DNA from: Lama guanicoe
Lineage: Eukaryota
Direction of reading: 5' to 3'
Assembly (NCBI GenBank): GCA_013239625.1
Contig: MU053873.1
Coordinates: 2,742,524-2,806,523, forward strand
DNA length: 64,000 nt
Positions 28,595-40,960 of the stretch are shown here, piece by piece (within the stretch, counting starts at the first letter, position 1; every line of letters starts with the position of its first letter). Below the pieces are notes generated by a model. The model saw only the letters and a list, made by a program, of their open reading frames with translations. It was not told where the DNA came from and searched no databases. The translations under genes were made by a program, and so were the position numbers.

Positions 28595-30357
28595 GTTAGA
28601 AACCCCGGGGGGATTCTGAATCTGGTTTAGCCCTGTCCAGTAGCTTGCTATATGCCCTTGGATACTTAACTTCTGTAAGGTGGCTAATGGGTTCCCCATC
28701 AGAATATTGGGTGGGGGTGGGAGTGGGGCCAGAGGCTCTTAAGTGTCTGAGCTACCTGGGCCATATCTCAGCAGCCCTTCCGCCCGAGCCCCTTCCTTCA
28801 CCCTGTCCCTGGGCTTGAAAGCAGTTGGAGGAGCTTGGTGGGGACTTTCTGTCAAACTTTGTCACAGGCCTTAAATTCAGCCTCATTTAAAGTGGCAGTT
28901 CCCGAATCACCCAGTGCAAAAATTTCATCAGTACAAAAAAATGAGGGTCATGTGAGGCGGGTGTGTATGGGAATGTAGACATAATACACTCCTGTGTCCC
29001 CACACATCCCCATGGCCTGGCGTCCCTGTGTCCGTGGGAGGCTGTGCTTGAATCTTGTTGAGAAGAACCGCTCCCTGGACCGCCATTATAGCCGTCCGCC
29101 TTTTGCTGCCAAAGTGTTCCTTTCTAAATGAAGAGGTGGCACTCAAATCAGGAGTTTCAGTGTGTCTGTGTATTTAACTTGGCAAATGAAGAGTGGGCCA
29201 CAATCCCCAGTTTAATCATCAGACTCACGAAGTCACATGGCTGGGGTCCTGCACGTCTTGATTGTCTGGGGGATGAGTCCGCACTCCCTTTGTGGGAATC
29301 AGAAACCCATCTCTTGCCACTGTGAAAAAAATGTTGCCAGAATTAGTCAGCGCTAATTTGTTATTTGTTTTGACCGGAAAGATGATGTAACAGGAACAAC
29401 AGACAGAAGTGAGGTGAGGGCAATTAGCCACCATCTAAAACGCTTCTCATTTTTACACGTATTTTCTTGCCCACCCGGGTACACGTTTGCATTCGTTCTA
29501 ATTCTATTGCACAAGCTGCTTGGTTTTGCTTTCCTTTTGTTTTTCCGTCTTTGGGGTCTCCCTGTTATTTCGGATGCATAGTATTCTCTGGAACGCATTA
29601 TTTGCCACCAATTACTTAACTGTTGCCCTGAGATCATTTGCAATTTTGGTAGTATGGCGAAAGATGTCATGTACCTATCACCCTGATTTTGCCCCTCTTC
29701 TGTGGAGCGAGGGCTGGGGAAGCCCTCTAATGAATCTTTCCCATAGAATACGTTTTTAAGGCGTGGAATCAGTGGCTGGCAGGGTCCAGATCTTTCTGAG
29801 TCTCTTGAACAACAAGGCTAAAATTGTTTTACAAAAGAGTTGGACCAGTTTACACTCTCCTGCACTATCTGGTGTATTCAAGATGTCTAGCTGGCCTGAC
29901 TGGTTTTTGCTCTATTAGGTGCAAAATATAAAGGAATGGGGTATGCTCTGTCATCAGCGCTCCCACTCTCAGGAGAGCTGCCTCGCAGATTACCTCGAAC
30001 CCCTACTTTCCACCCTCATCTGTCCCCCACTGGGCACGTGACCTCACTCAGGGTATTGCAAAAATTGGAAACAGTCTTAGGACAACAGGTGAGTAATGGT
30101 GGTGCCTGTGTCCTACAGAATACTGTGTCGCCATCCAAAATGGTAATCGTGAAACCCCAAAGGTGGGGCAACAGGGAGCAAGCAAAACAAAGCGGCTCAC
30201 ACTTTAGAATCGCAACTCATGGAAAAATGTCTGCTCAAGCCTTATAAACGCCACACGCCCTCTCCCTTCCAGGTCTTTGCTGTTCCCTCTGCCAGGAATG
30301 CTTTTCCACTCAGATCTGTGCATGACTGGCCTCAGTTTCAGTTTTAAGATCTTTGCT

Positions 30358-31102
30358 TATGGGGTGTTTTCCAGCACCAACCACCAACTCTCTCATTCTC
30401 TGGATACCAACTGGGTGTTGCATGATTCAGTTCAGTTCTGACACCAATTCCCAGAGAGAGCGTCTGACCCCACAGGTTGAGGACCCAGTGCCACAAGACT
30501 GTCCCCACTTCAGATACCTGGGCTACCCACATTTCTGCTTGGCCAGCCACATACCTGGGGGTGCCCCGACCACCCCCCCACAGGTTTGGTAATTGGCTAG
30601 AACAATTCAGTACTCAGGAAAACACTTCACTTCCTATATTACCGGTCTATCATAAAGGCTATGTAATTCCGGGAGGGAGGGCCAAGTGGCAGGGATGCGG
30701 TGTGGGGCGGGGTATGGGGGAAGGCGCAGGGCCTCCAGGCCCTCTCTGCCTGTACCACCCTCCCAGCGCCTCCATGAGTTCCCCAGTCCCGAAGCTCTCC
30801 AGACCCCGTCGTTCAGGGACTTTTGAGGCGGTTCTAATTCAGTAGGTGTGACTGATTAAGTCATCTGCCATCGGTTATTGATCTCCAGCCCCTCTCCCTT
30901 CCCCAGAGGTTGGGGTTGGTGGGGGAGGAGGGGAGCATGGACATTTCCAACCCTTTGATGTGCCTTGGCCTTTCTGGTGCCAGGAGGGGGCTGCCCAGCC
31001 ACCAGTCATCTCATTTGCATACCAAAGATGCTTTTTATCACTCAGGAGATTCCAAGAGTTCTAGGAACTTTGTGCCAGCAACCCAAGGCAAAGATCAAAC
31101 GT
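30358..31102. mobile_element. MER21-like solo LTR inserted in an L2
   Basis: caactgggtgttgcatgattcagttcagttctgacacc...cacaagactgtccccacttcagat; GCTT on both flanks; L2 continues as aaatgtca. Confidence 0.75.
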
Positions 31103-31439
31103 GTAGTTTTCATCACACCACAGCTTAAATGTCATCCCCTGGTAGTGGCCTTGCCCAACTGCTGTGTGTGAAGTAGCCCGGGACCAGTCACTCATATCAG
31201 CCCACAGTACTGCCTGGACTTGATGGCATCCTGTGCACGTGTCTGCTGAGCAGTCTCTCCCCACCATGGTGTGAGCTACGTGAGACTAGGACGGGGTCTG
31301 TCGTGTTCACAAGAGCCCCAGCACCTGGCACGTAGTACATGTGCAGCAGATACTCTATGAGGGAGTGTGCGCAACTCAGCGATGCGGAGGGCGCCGCCAC
31401 CTGGCCCTGACCTGTGCTCTGTGTGTTGTCTTTCTCCAG

Positions 31440-31481
31440 GTGAACCAGAACAGTACCTCCTCCCACTTAGGAAACTCATGA
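31440..31481 (+). CDS. TPST2: TPST2 last coding exon (exon extends to 31488)
   Basis: tttctccag|VNQNSTSSHLGNS-TGA (31479-31481), then TTTCCAG|gtgggt. Spliced CDS 842+199+51+42=1134 bp, 377 aa. Confidence 0.95.
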   Translation: MNQNSTSSHLGNS

Positions 31482-33140
31482 TTTCCAGGTGGGTCTGCGG
31501 ACTTCGCTGGGGCTCCGGCCACTTCTGAGCCCAGGAGCCACTTAACTCCCGAAAAGCTCCCTGGGGGAGGAGCGGCCACCAAGGTGGGCTGACCCAGCCC
31601 CATCCGGAGGTTTCCATGGTGACAGCCTATTTATAGAATCAAGGCTTAGTCTCTGAGCTCTGGATCAGGAGTGGGGGCAGGGATCAATGCTGAACCAACC
31701 AGAAGAAGGTTTGCCTGGCACTGGTGGGGGGAGGGGACAGAAGACCAGTGTGACAGGGGGCTTCTAGAACCATTTTGCACAGAATGCTGTCTGTCAAGCC
31801 AGCCTCTATAATCAGCATCGGCTTCGCCCAGAGCAATTAATGTTCTAATCACAGTCACAAGCAGTTCTGGTCTAAGAACAGCCCAGACTGCATTGGGCCA
31901 GGTGTTCCTCCAGGGTTACTCATTTAACCCTCAGCATCCCTGGGAGGTGGATGACACGACTTTCCCATTTTATGAGGGAGAATACCAAAGCCCAGAGAAG
32001 GCCTTTGACTTGCCCAAGGCCACACAGCCACCAAAGGGCAGAATTCCCTCCACAAGTCATCTCCCTCAGGATTTGCTTTTAATAAGCAATGTTAAGTGCA
32101 TATTTATCCATCCCTTTTTGGCTAAGGGGTAGGGAAACAGGTTCTGAACTTGGGAAGTCAAAGATTTAAGAACTCACTCCAGACTTCTCTTGGCCTCTGT
32201 TTTCCCCATCTGGAGAATGGGTTCTTACCTTCAAGGGTGGTTGTAATGAAGTGAGCCCAGGTGGGAGTGCTGGGCCCCTGCTGTGGACGTGGGCACTGGA
32301 GTTAAGGCTCCAACGAGTGAGCTCACTTCCTCACGCCCCACCAGCCTTTCTGATCAGGTGCAAGCAAACCTGGGGGGACTCAGAGAGGCCAGAACCAACC
32401 TGCTGGGGTATTTTCCCTATTCTTTTAAGCTGTAAAAGAGCTTCTAGCCTCAAGTTTATTTTTAGTTCCTTTATCTTGTTTGGTTTTTTTTTTTTAAGTA
32501 AATAGCATATTTAAAATTTTTTCTTGAAATCCACTTTGCACCAGCTCACAAGGCTGGAGATGCTAAGTCACTGTCATCACCCGAGGTTTCCTGTCTCAAG
32601 CTGTGCTGAGATCCAGGACTTCTGTTTCATTCCAAAGAAAGGGATCCTCACATTGAAAGCAGCCTTTTTCCATGTGTCTCCCCAGCTCAGTTCCCCTCAC
32701 TCCTGCAGATTCATTAGTCCAACCCTGAACCTTCTCGTTGACAGAAGCCAGATATATTCTTTGCTTTACTGTTTAGATGAGGTATCATGGACAGGGTGCT
32801 TTGGCTAGTCCCTGGTAGAGAATTGCCCTTGAACAAAGGCTGCCCCTTCCCTGGACTCCAAAAAGTCACTGGCACTTTTCACATATCATTGCCATTTGCT
32901 CTTCATAAATCAGAAAAGTGTGTCTTTGAGGTCAAGTGGCAGCAGGTTGAGGGGTGGGTAAGAACCCAAGAAACGTATTTAAATGTAAATTCTCTCCAAC
33001 CCTCTGGGATGGAATAGAAAATCTCACAAGCTCATGTGAATGCATGAAGACCATCCCTTCTGTAATCACACATATAAATATAAAAGCTCTATTTCGGAAT
33101 TGTTACTCTGGGCCTAACGCCTGTTTTTCTCCCCTCTCAG

Positions 33141-33640
33141 ATCTCTGCAAATGGCTTTGTTGCCGGAAGAGAAGAAACTTTGCATTCGAGTGGAAATCGG
33201 ACCTCTAATCCAAGCATATTGCTTGCTATTAATCGCCAAATCTGGACAGCTCGTGAGAAATGTATTTGCATATATTTGCAAAAAGCTGAACATTGAAAAC
33301 TTAACCTTAAAACACTCTATCTTAGGACAATCCGGGGTAGAGAAGCAACAGTGTGGAAGAGTTCGGCTTTTGAAACTTAGATATTTTATATGTTTCCCCC
33401 TCGAGAACTTTTTCTTTTGAAGAAAGGGATTTGCCATCCTCCTTAATTTGCAGGACCACCGTGGTGGCTTTGTTTGCTGGGACAAGGCCCACCACCCGTG
33501 CCTCTCCCATTAACCCTTAACTTTTGAATTCAGAGAATCTATTTAAGAATTTAATATATGAGGCTTTCTTTGATTCCTCCTCAGTTCTACTCAGTTTCAC
33601 AGAGGAAAAAAAATATATATTATTTGAATCAACTGAACAG
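33141..33640 (+). other. TPST2: TPST2 terminal 3'UTR exon (end approximate)
   Basis: Strong acceptor ttttctcccctctcag|ATCTC; unique AT-rich sequence; variant signals AATATA at 33553 and 33612, followed by a U/GU-rich tract at about 33680-33706. Confidence 0.7.
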
Positions 33641-33767
33641 GGACTCATTTGTCCATGCCTTGCTTTACAGAGTGAGTAGATTTTTTTCCCTCCGTGTTGT
33701 TTTGTCAGGTGGATTGATGGTGAGCCAAGGCTGGAGAACAGGTCCACGCAGGGCACGGCTGAACTCC

Positions 33768-34400
33768 TGTGTCGAGGATCCCCAAGGCCACCCCTGGGTG
33801 AAACGATTTGCTAGAAAGACTCAACAGATCTCAGAAAACCAGTTGGACTCATGGTTACGGTTCATTATGGTGAAAGGATACAGATGAAAGTCAGCAAGGG
33901 AAAAAGGCGTCCGGCCTCGTTCACGGCACAGGGCGGAGTGCAGGAGAGCTCAGGCACCAGCCCCCACATGTCCTCTCCTGGTGCGGTCTGAACGATGAGC
34001 TTAATTTTCCCACCAGTGATGGGTGACCACATGCACGAAGTATTGCCAGCCAGGAAGGCTCACTGGGGCCGTGGTGGGCAGCATTTTTTACTGGGCATCA
34101 GTCACAAAGCTGTGGGACAGCCAATGACTGCCCTTAGTTTCTTGGTCTCTAGCCCCTCCAAAAGTCAAATGATACACAGCATGACCCGAGACTCCCCCGT
34201 CACCATAAATCACACCGTTAACATAGACTCTCTGGCTTGGTGTGGCGCAGGGTCCTAGGTATACAAAGACATTCTTATCAGTGAGGACATCCCAAGGGCT
34301 CAGAGATGAGCTCCCAGGAACTGGTCACGGGCCAGTCCTTTGCTTGGCACGTACAGGGTTTGAATTCTCCAAGCCTGCCGAGTTAGGCCTCAATTGCACA
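33768..34400. mobile_element. ERVL-type solo LTR (MER77/MER68-like)
   Basis: TG...CA ends; gatttgctagaaagactca...catggttacggttcattatggtgaaaggatacagat. Confidence 0.7.
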
Positions 34401-34875
34401 ACCCCCAAATGCTTAGGGATCAGCCGGACCCAGAACGGTTTCATATCTTTAAGGGCTAAATGTTTTGCCCACGCTATCTTGCCTTAGCTCTGATGATAGC
34501 AGTGGGGCTTTGGGAAGGCAGTGACTCACAGGGGCGTGGAGTGTGGGAGTCAGGCCAGTGGACCAGCTGTGTGGCTTGAGCCTCTGTTTCTTCATCTGTA
34601 AAATGGGGAAGTTAGAACTTCCTGGCTCTACTGGGAGGGGCTGATGGGTGACATGGGTGGTGGTGCCTGGGATGTGATGAGCCTGCCGTGTGAGGCAGCT
34701 CTTGTCTCTCCTTGTCTTGCGACAGCAGTGGGATGGGCAGTTGGAGCCATGGACACTGGAAGCTCGTGGTCACCCCTCAAGGGGTAGCAGAAGACATCCA
34801 GCCTCGCTCACTGTCCCACTCACCTGGTGCTGCAGACCAGCCAGCCCCCAGCTTTGGGACTTAAAACCATTTGTT

Positions 34876-35012
34876 TTGTTTTGTTTTGTGGCGGGGGGGG
34901 TGTCATTGGGTTTATTTATCAATTTTTTTTTTTAAAGGAGGCACTGGGGATTGAACCTAGGACCTTGTGCATACAAAGCACGCACTCTACCACTGAGCTA
35001 TGACCCTCCCCC
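34876..35012 (-). mobile_element. Vic-1-like SINE with 15-bp TSD
   Basis: TSD TTAAAACCATTTGTT at 34861-34875 and 35015-35029; tRNA-like head at the right end. Confidence 0.92.
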
Positions 35013-35029
35013 TGTTAAAACCATTTGTT

Positions 35030-35465
35030 GTTGAATCGCTCTGGGAGTTCACTAGAGCGAGCTCAGTGGTTCGCATGGTCAAGTGGTGGCCAGGACTTCT
35101 GTCCTCTGAAGGCTTCTTCAGTCACATGTCTGGGGCCTGGGCTGGGATGGTCGGAGCACCTAGAGGCATCTCCTGGTGTCACTGTCATGTAGCCTCTGCA
35201 CGTGGCGAGCCCAGGCTTCCGCACAGTGTGGCGGTCTCAGGAGTGTCAGATTCCCACATGGCAGCCGGCCTCCCCCAAAGCAGACGCCACACAACTAAGG
35301 GATAGGCCTGGACCTAGTGCAGTGTCATCCAGGGCCCTCCTGCATTCAAGGGAATGGAGAAACAGACCCTCCTTTTGATGGCGCAGCAGTAGGGTCACCC
35401 TGCAGAAGAGCAGGTGGGTGAGAGAGACGGTTTCGCCGACTTTGGGACATAGAGTTGGTCACAGT
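35030..35465 (-). mobile_element. MaLR (MLT1-like) LTR fragment
   Basis: cacatgtctggggcctgggctgggatgg...attcaagggaatggagaaacagacc. Confidence 0.6.
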
Positions 35466-35542
35466 CATCATAAAAACCAGTTCATCAGCCTCTCCGGCAG
35501 GTCATCAAATAGCATATGAATTCATCAAATTAATTAGTTTCA

Positions 35543-35680
35543 GGGGGGAGGGTACAGCTCAGTGCATGCTTAGTATGCACAAGGTCCTGGGTTCAATACC
35601 CAGTACCTCCACTAAAAAAAAAATAGATAAACCTAATTAACTCCCTCTGCAAAAAAATTTAAAAAGAATAAAAATAAATC
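35543..35680 (+). mobile_element. Vic-1-like SINE (small deletion in the A-box region)
   Basis: ggggagggtacagctcagtgcatgcttagtatgcacaaggtcctgggttcaatacccagtacctcc. Confidence 0.88.
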
Positions 35681-36807
35681 AAGGGTCTCCCCCCCTAATT
35701 TTTTTTATTAGTCTCTCCCTGGGAAATGCTGATGACATCAGAATGTTCCGTCTCCAATTAGGGTACAAAATAGAGAGATACCTTTCCTTTACTATTTAAG
35801 TTACAATAATTCCAGCTCCCCCAAAAGGTTAGGTCATCAAAAACCCCAGGCTTCTTTAAGGTCCCCCAGCCTGGGACAAGGGACCGTCCTTCCCACTGAC
35901 GAAGCTACTCCAGGTCTCCTCAAGCCCCAGATCTGGGCCTGGACCCAGGAGGACCTCTCTCACCCCTGTCCTCCTCGGTTTGTTGGTTCTAAACAAACGC
36001 TCTTCAGGAGAATTAACAATGAGAATGTCATTCCTTCAGGTGGAAGCGCTGGCTCCGCCCCGCAGGGCGTGCTCTTGGCCAACTGGCCCTACTCCAAGGT
36101 CAGTTTTCCCAAGTCTGCATTATTCTGAGCTAACCTTGTTCCATTGTAATAGCTTGTGTTTTAAACGGGTGGTTGGTTAACTTTTTGTTTTGAAATAATT
36201 ACAGACTTACATGAAGTGGCTAACATTGTCCAAAGAGCCCCCTGTATTCTTCATGCCGTTTCCCCCAGTGCTGGCATCGCACACAACTACAGGACAGCAT
36301 CAAAACCAAGAAGTGGCATTAGGACAAAGCTGCTAACTGGACTGCAGACCACACACCTCATTCAGTTGTCGCCATTTTTTTTTTTTTTGCTTGTATTCAC
36401 ATGTGTGTATTTTCAAAGTTGTTTTTTCCCTTTTAGTGGCAGAACCTTCCATTCCTCCCCCCCCCACCTCCCTACACGGAGCATCGCAGGTAACAACTCA
36501 ATCTCTAAGACAAATGAAAATGGTGTTCTGATGAGGACCCTGGCCCTGTCCCAAACTCCAGCTACTTCTCTTTGAAGCACTTTGTCATAGTTAAGGTTTT
36601 GTATCTGTTTGCCTGGTGATTTGATTTGAGTTGATCTCACCAGACTGTAAATGGCATGTGTGCAGGGACCAGTATATTCATTGGTCACTGTTTATTCCCA
36701 CATCATGTCCAGTGTGTCACGGCCTGTGGGAGCCAGCTTCCAGCATGCTCCATGTGGTCCTCGCCTCCTGGTGGTCCCTTCTGTGTGTTGTCCCTTTCCC
36801 CAGTGAA

Positions 36808-36996
36808 TAGGGACAGGATTCCAGATGAATACAGGGTGGATGGTTAAAGTTTCAGAGAAAGCAATGAATCATTCTTTTAGGATTTTGCAATATTTCATGG
36901 GACATACATAGATGAAAAAAATCTATTCCTTTCTTATCTGAAATCCAAGTTTAATTGGGCATCCTGTGTTTTTATTTGCTAAATCTGGTCATCGTA
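36808..36996. mobile_element. MER53-like palindromic hAT MITE
   Basis: ccagatgaatacagg...catgggacatac...tatctgaaatccaagtttaattgggcatcctg...gctaaatctgg. Confidence 0.75.
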
Positions 36997-37422
36997 AATC
37001 GGGCTGACTGTAAAACCAATGAGATATTAGGGAAATGACAGTGTGTGATTTCTGAGACTTGCTCATATCTGATCACGTGGCTTCTGCCTTGTCTCTTGGT
37101 TCACTCATTCCCTGGGGAGGCCAGTCACTATACCACAAGGCCAGTCAGCAGCCCTGTGTAGAGGTGCACGTGGCAGGCAGCTGAGGCCTCCTTCCACGTG
37201 AGTGAATCACCTTGAAAGTGGACCATCCAGCCCCTGCAAGCCTGCAGGTCACTGCAGTTCCAGGTGACACCTTGATGGCAGCCCCAAGAGAGACCCCAAG
37301 TAGGAACCACCCGTCTAAGCCACTCTTGAATTCCCACCCATAGGAATTGTGTGAGAGAATCTTCCCTGTTGTTTCAAGCCACTAAATTTGGAGGAACTTC
37401 TTACACTGTAATAAGTAATACA
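36997..37422 (+). mobile_element. MaLR (MLT1-like) LTR
   Basis: Typical 3' end ctgttgtttcaagccactaaatttgg...aataagtaataca. Confidence 0.75.
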
Positions 37423-38809
37423 TAGGAACTGATGAAATACTTGTGAGTGAGTGAATGATGAGGGCCGCCTGTCCTCGCCTCACCTGTATCCTTTTGAGGA
37501 TGCTTGCTTTACACATTGTGCCCCAGGCCTGCCGAATCTCATGTCCCAGCTTTCTAGATAAGGATGGTGTTCACAAATTCTTGAAAGATAAGTAGGGTAG
37601 GAACCATCTGTCAGAAACATTGAAAAGGAAACCAGATTTGCTAATCTCAGCTGATCTGGATTTTCAATTTAGCCAAGTTCGGGACATGATATATATATCT
37701 TTGGGACAAAACTCCAAATAAGAATAAGCCACGTGCAACTGTATAATGTCACTGTCCTAGAAAAGGTACTTGTGCTAGACTTTAAATATATCATCTTTGA
37801 AATGCCACTTACAGGTTGTTTCTATGGTACCAACCTATTTAAAGTTGTAACTGAGGGAGGATTTTTTCCTCCCCCCACCCCAAATCTTCTGAAGGCAATG
37901 TGGAAACAGGGCTGCACAGCATACGCAGCTTTAGGAGTGGAGACTCGGGTGGTAATGGAAAACTACTTTGGAATGTTGAGGAGTCAAAGAGATGATATAT
38001 ATGGAGGTTTTGTCTTTGTGAGCCTGAACAGACAGGAATCACTGTAAGTATTAGCTCAAATAAGTGGACAGAAATGGTGTGGGGCCCCATGCATGGTACG
38101 ACAGAGAAAGAACTGGCCTGACTCTGCCCTAAACTCTCTGTGTCGCCCTGGTACCTCCCCTGTGGCACGGACTCCTCTTGCTCCTTCATGAAAAGGGAGG
38201 GATGGACCCATGAGTGTCCAAGGGCCCTCCCTGCCAGCCTCCTGCTGAGCAGCCTTGTTGCCTGGCAACGCCTTCTAGGAAGGCTCCATGTCTGAGCACC
38301 TCATTGGGAATCTAGACACGGGCCTGGATGTCCCTGGGTCCCAAAGCAAGAGTTTGTCTGGGCAGTGACAGGAGACCAGGCTGAGTATGAGATCCTGAAA
38401 CTAAACCTCTGGCTGCCTCTCTTCTTGCTTTTCCTCAGGCTGTACATTTGAGTCTAAAAATCTGGAAAAAAAATAGTCACTGATCTTCAAGACTAGAGAC
38501 TGTCTATGCAGAGATATGTGACTAGGTCTTTCAAATAGAAAGACCCACAACCATTTAAGAAGATCTTACTATGCCAGGAGCTTTACATGCATTAAGTAGC
38601 CTCCCCTACCCCCTTTTTTCTTTTTGGTCCTGGAAACAACCCTTTTAGAGCAGTACTATCTTTACTCTCATCTTACAGATGGGAAAACAGGTGTAGAGAA
38701 GTGAAGCAACCTGCCCCAGGCCCCATATCTAGGAAGCAGCAAAGTGGAGATTTGGATCCTTGAGGTTTACTCCAGAACCTTCATTAAAAAAAAAATCTAT
38801 GTACATAGA

Positions 38810-39295
38810 GAAAACATTTTTTTTCTCTTAATCATTTGAGATTAAATTGCCTACGTTATGCCCCATCACTCCAACAAAGACGTTCTCCAATGTAACCGCA
38901 GGACAGCCATCAAAATCAGGAAATTAACATGGACACATCACTACCGTGGAAACCACAGACTCCATTTAAGTTTTGCCAGTTGCCTCAATTACCTCCTTTA
39001 TAGCAAAAAGATGCAATTCAGAATGCTGTGCTGCATTGAATTGTCATGTTTTTTTAGTCTCCTTCAGTATGGAACAGTTACAGTGTCTTTAACTTTCATG
39101 ACCTTGGCACTTTTGAAGGTTACAGACCAGTTGTTTTGTAGAAATCCCTTTATTTGGGTTTGTCTTCCATATCCTCATGATTCCACTGATGTTTGACAGG
39201 AAATCATGGAAGTGATGCTGCAATCTTCTCAGGACATCCTAGCAAGTGATTTCCATTTGTCCCATTCTTGGGGTTGCATGCTCTGATCACCCGAT
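38810..39295 (-). mobile_element. Old L1M 3'UTR fragment
   Basis: catcaaaatcaggaaattaacat...ttcatgaccttggcacttttgaag...ccagttgttttgtagaa. Confidence 0.65.
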
Positions 39296-39646
39296 CAGAG
39301 CCTGTACTCTTATTGACCCCACAACCATCTACACATTTTCCTTCTCCAGAAGCCACGTGGTAGGGTCCATTTGGTGAAGCAAATCCGCTTGCATTGGTCC
39401 CTCAGCATCAAAGTAACTGCAGATCCACAAAATCTGCTGTAAAGCTAAGGGCATAGCTACAGAGAAGCCAGGCTTACATTTATTTTTGGCTTTCGCCTAC
39501 CAACAGATGCATATACATTTTTAGTTTCAGGATTAAAACGGTTTATCTTGTCTTCTTGTTTCCCTCCCTCTGCTTCCTAGTGGATCTTTCAGTCTGTAAG
39601 ACTCTCTCCCCCTGACCTTCTCCTCTACTAAAACCTCACTTTCTAG

Positions 39647-40087
39647 TGTAAACAAGGAGGACCCTGTGGGGACTTCCCAGGGCAGACCCCTCCCCCATAT
39701 CCTCTGCTGTATCTCCTTTCTAAAGTACCCAGATCACAGTATCTAGTGCATCTTTCATGGGTGTTTCAGATGCTAAAAACCTCCACCAAATGGAAGAAAT
39801 TAACTACTTGATGATGATAAGCACGTAGCAGACCTGGTGCCGAAGGATTGATCACCATCAGCCAATAAGAGAATTGTACACAGCTGATCACATACCCTGG
39901 GATGCCCCTCCCTCAGCTGGCCTTAAAAAATGCTCAGCTGAAACCCTTCCAGGAGTTCAGGTTTTTCTGAGCAGGAGTCCACTGTTCTTGCTCGGCCCAG
40001 CAATAAATCTTTCTTTGCTCTAAATTCATGTTTTGGTATTTTCTGGCTTCACCGTACCTTGGGCACACGAACTTGTGTTCAGTAACA
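39647..40087 (+). mobile_element. Solo ERV1-type LTR
   Basis: TG...CA termini; 4-bp flanks CTAG/TTAG; CCAAT 39862, TATA-like TTAAAAAA 39923 and AATAAA 40002 in U3-R-U5 order. Confidence 0.8.
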
Positions 40088-40539
40088 TTAGCACAATGTA
40101 GGCCCTCTGTACATTTTTATGAGATTACTGAATGGATATATTTACCAACCTGCTGGAAAGGAAGAGATGGAAAGAGTTCCTGGAGGGAATACAGCTCTAG
40201 GGTTTAAACTGCATAAGGCAACTGCTCTGTGCCCACGACGGTGCTTACACTGAGAGACCCAAAGATCCAGGAGACATTCTTCCCACTTGAATGCCATGTC
40301 CCAGCTTCCCAACTGCCTCGCACGCAACTATGCCGTGAGCTAGTCCTAAACGCCTATTTTGCAGATGTAGAATTTCAGGCTGGCAAAGGAGTCTTCCTAG
40401 GCCAGCGTGGCTCGGCCACATCCACCGTAGTCCTCACAGGCTGGGAGTCGCCACGAAGCGGGTGAGACAGGGAAATCATCCTTCAGCCATTCCAGGCCAT
40501 GAAAGTCCTCTCTAGCGGCTCACCAGCTCTAGATCCAAA

Positions 40540-40960
40540 GCCACCCTAGCGTCCCATCGCTGGCATGGCAACCAGCACGGCATTTCCGCTGTCGGAAAAC
40601 GTCATTTCCGGAGCGCCTGTCCCGGCTCTTCCCAGTTCCGGCCCATCCGGGTACCGGCCCCAGAGCGGCGCGCTTCTCGTACCGGGCAGGCAGGTGTGTT
40701 TGGTGCGCTGAGCCCGGGAGAGGTGAGCCGGCCGGGGAGTGGACAGGGGACACGAGGGAGTCCGCGCCCTGGGAGTCGGGGCTCGGGGAAGGCGGGCCTC
40801 GGCCTCGCGGGTTGCGCTTTCCTTTCGCAGACAGCTTTGCCTAGGCGGGTCCACTCGGGGTCACCGGGCAGTCGGGGCCTGGGCCGAGCCTCCGCCACAA
40901 GGCCCGGGCAGCACGGCAGGGAGACGCCCGAGCCTTGCCAGCCGGGGAACCTAGGGCAAG
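40540..40960 (+). promoter_or_regulatory. TFIP11: CpG-island promoter and non-coding first exon of TFIP11
   Basis: CpG-dense segment; ETS cores (TTCCG) near 40584, 40606 and 40636; ACGTCATTTCCGG 40599-40611; RFX-like GCTGGCATGGCAAC 40559-40572; donor GAG|gtgagc at 40723. Confidence 0.85.
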
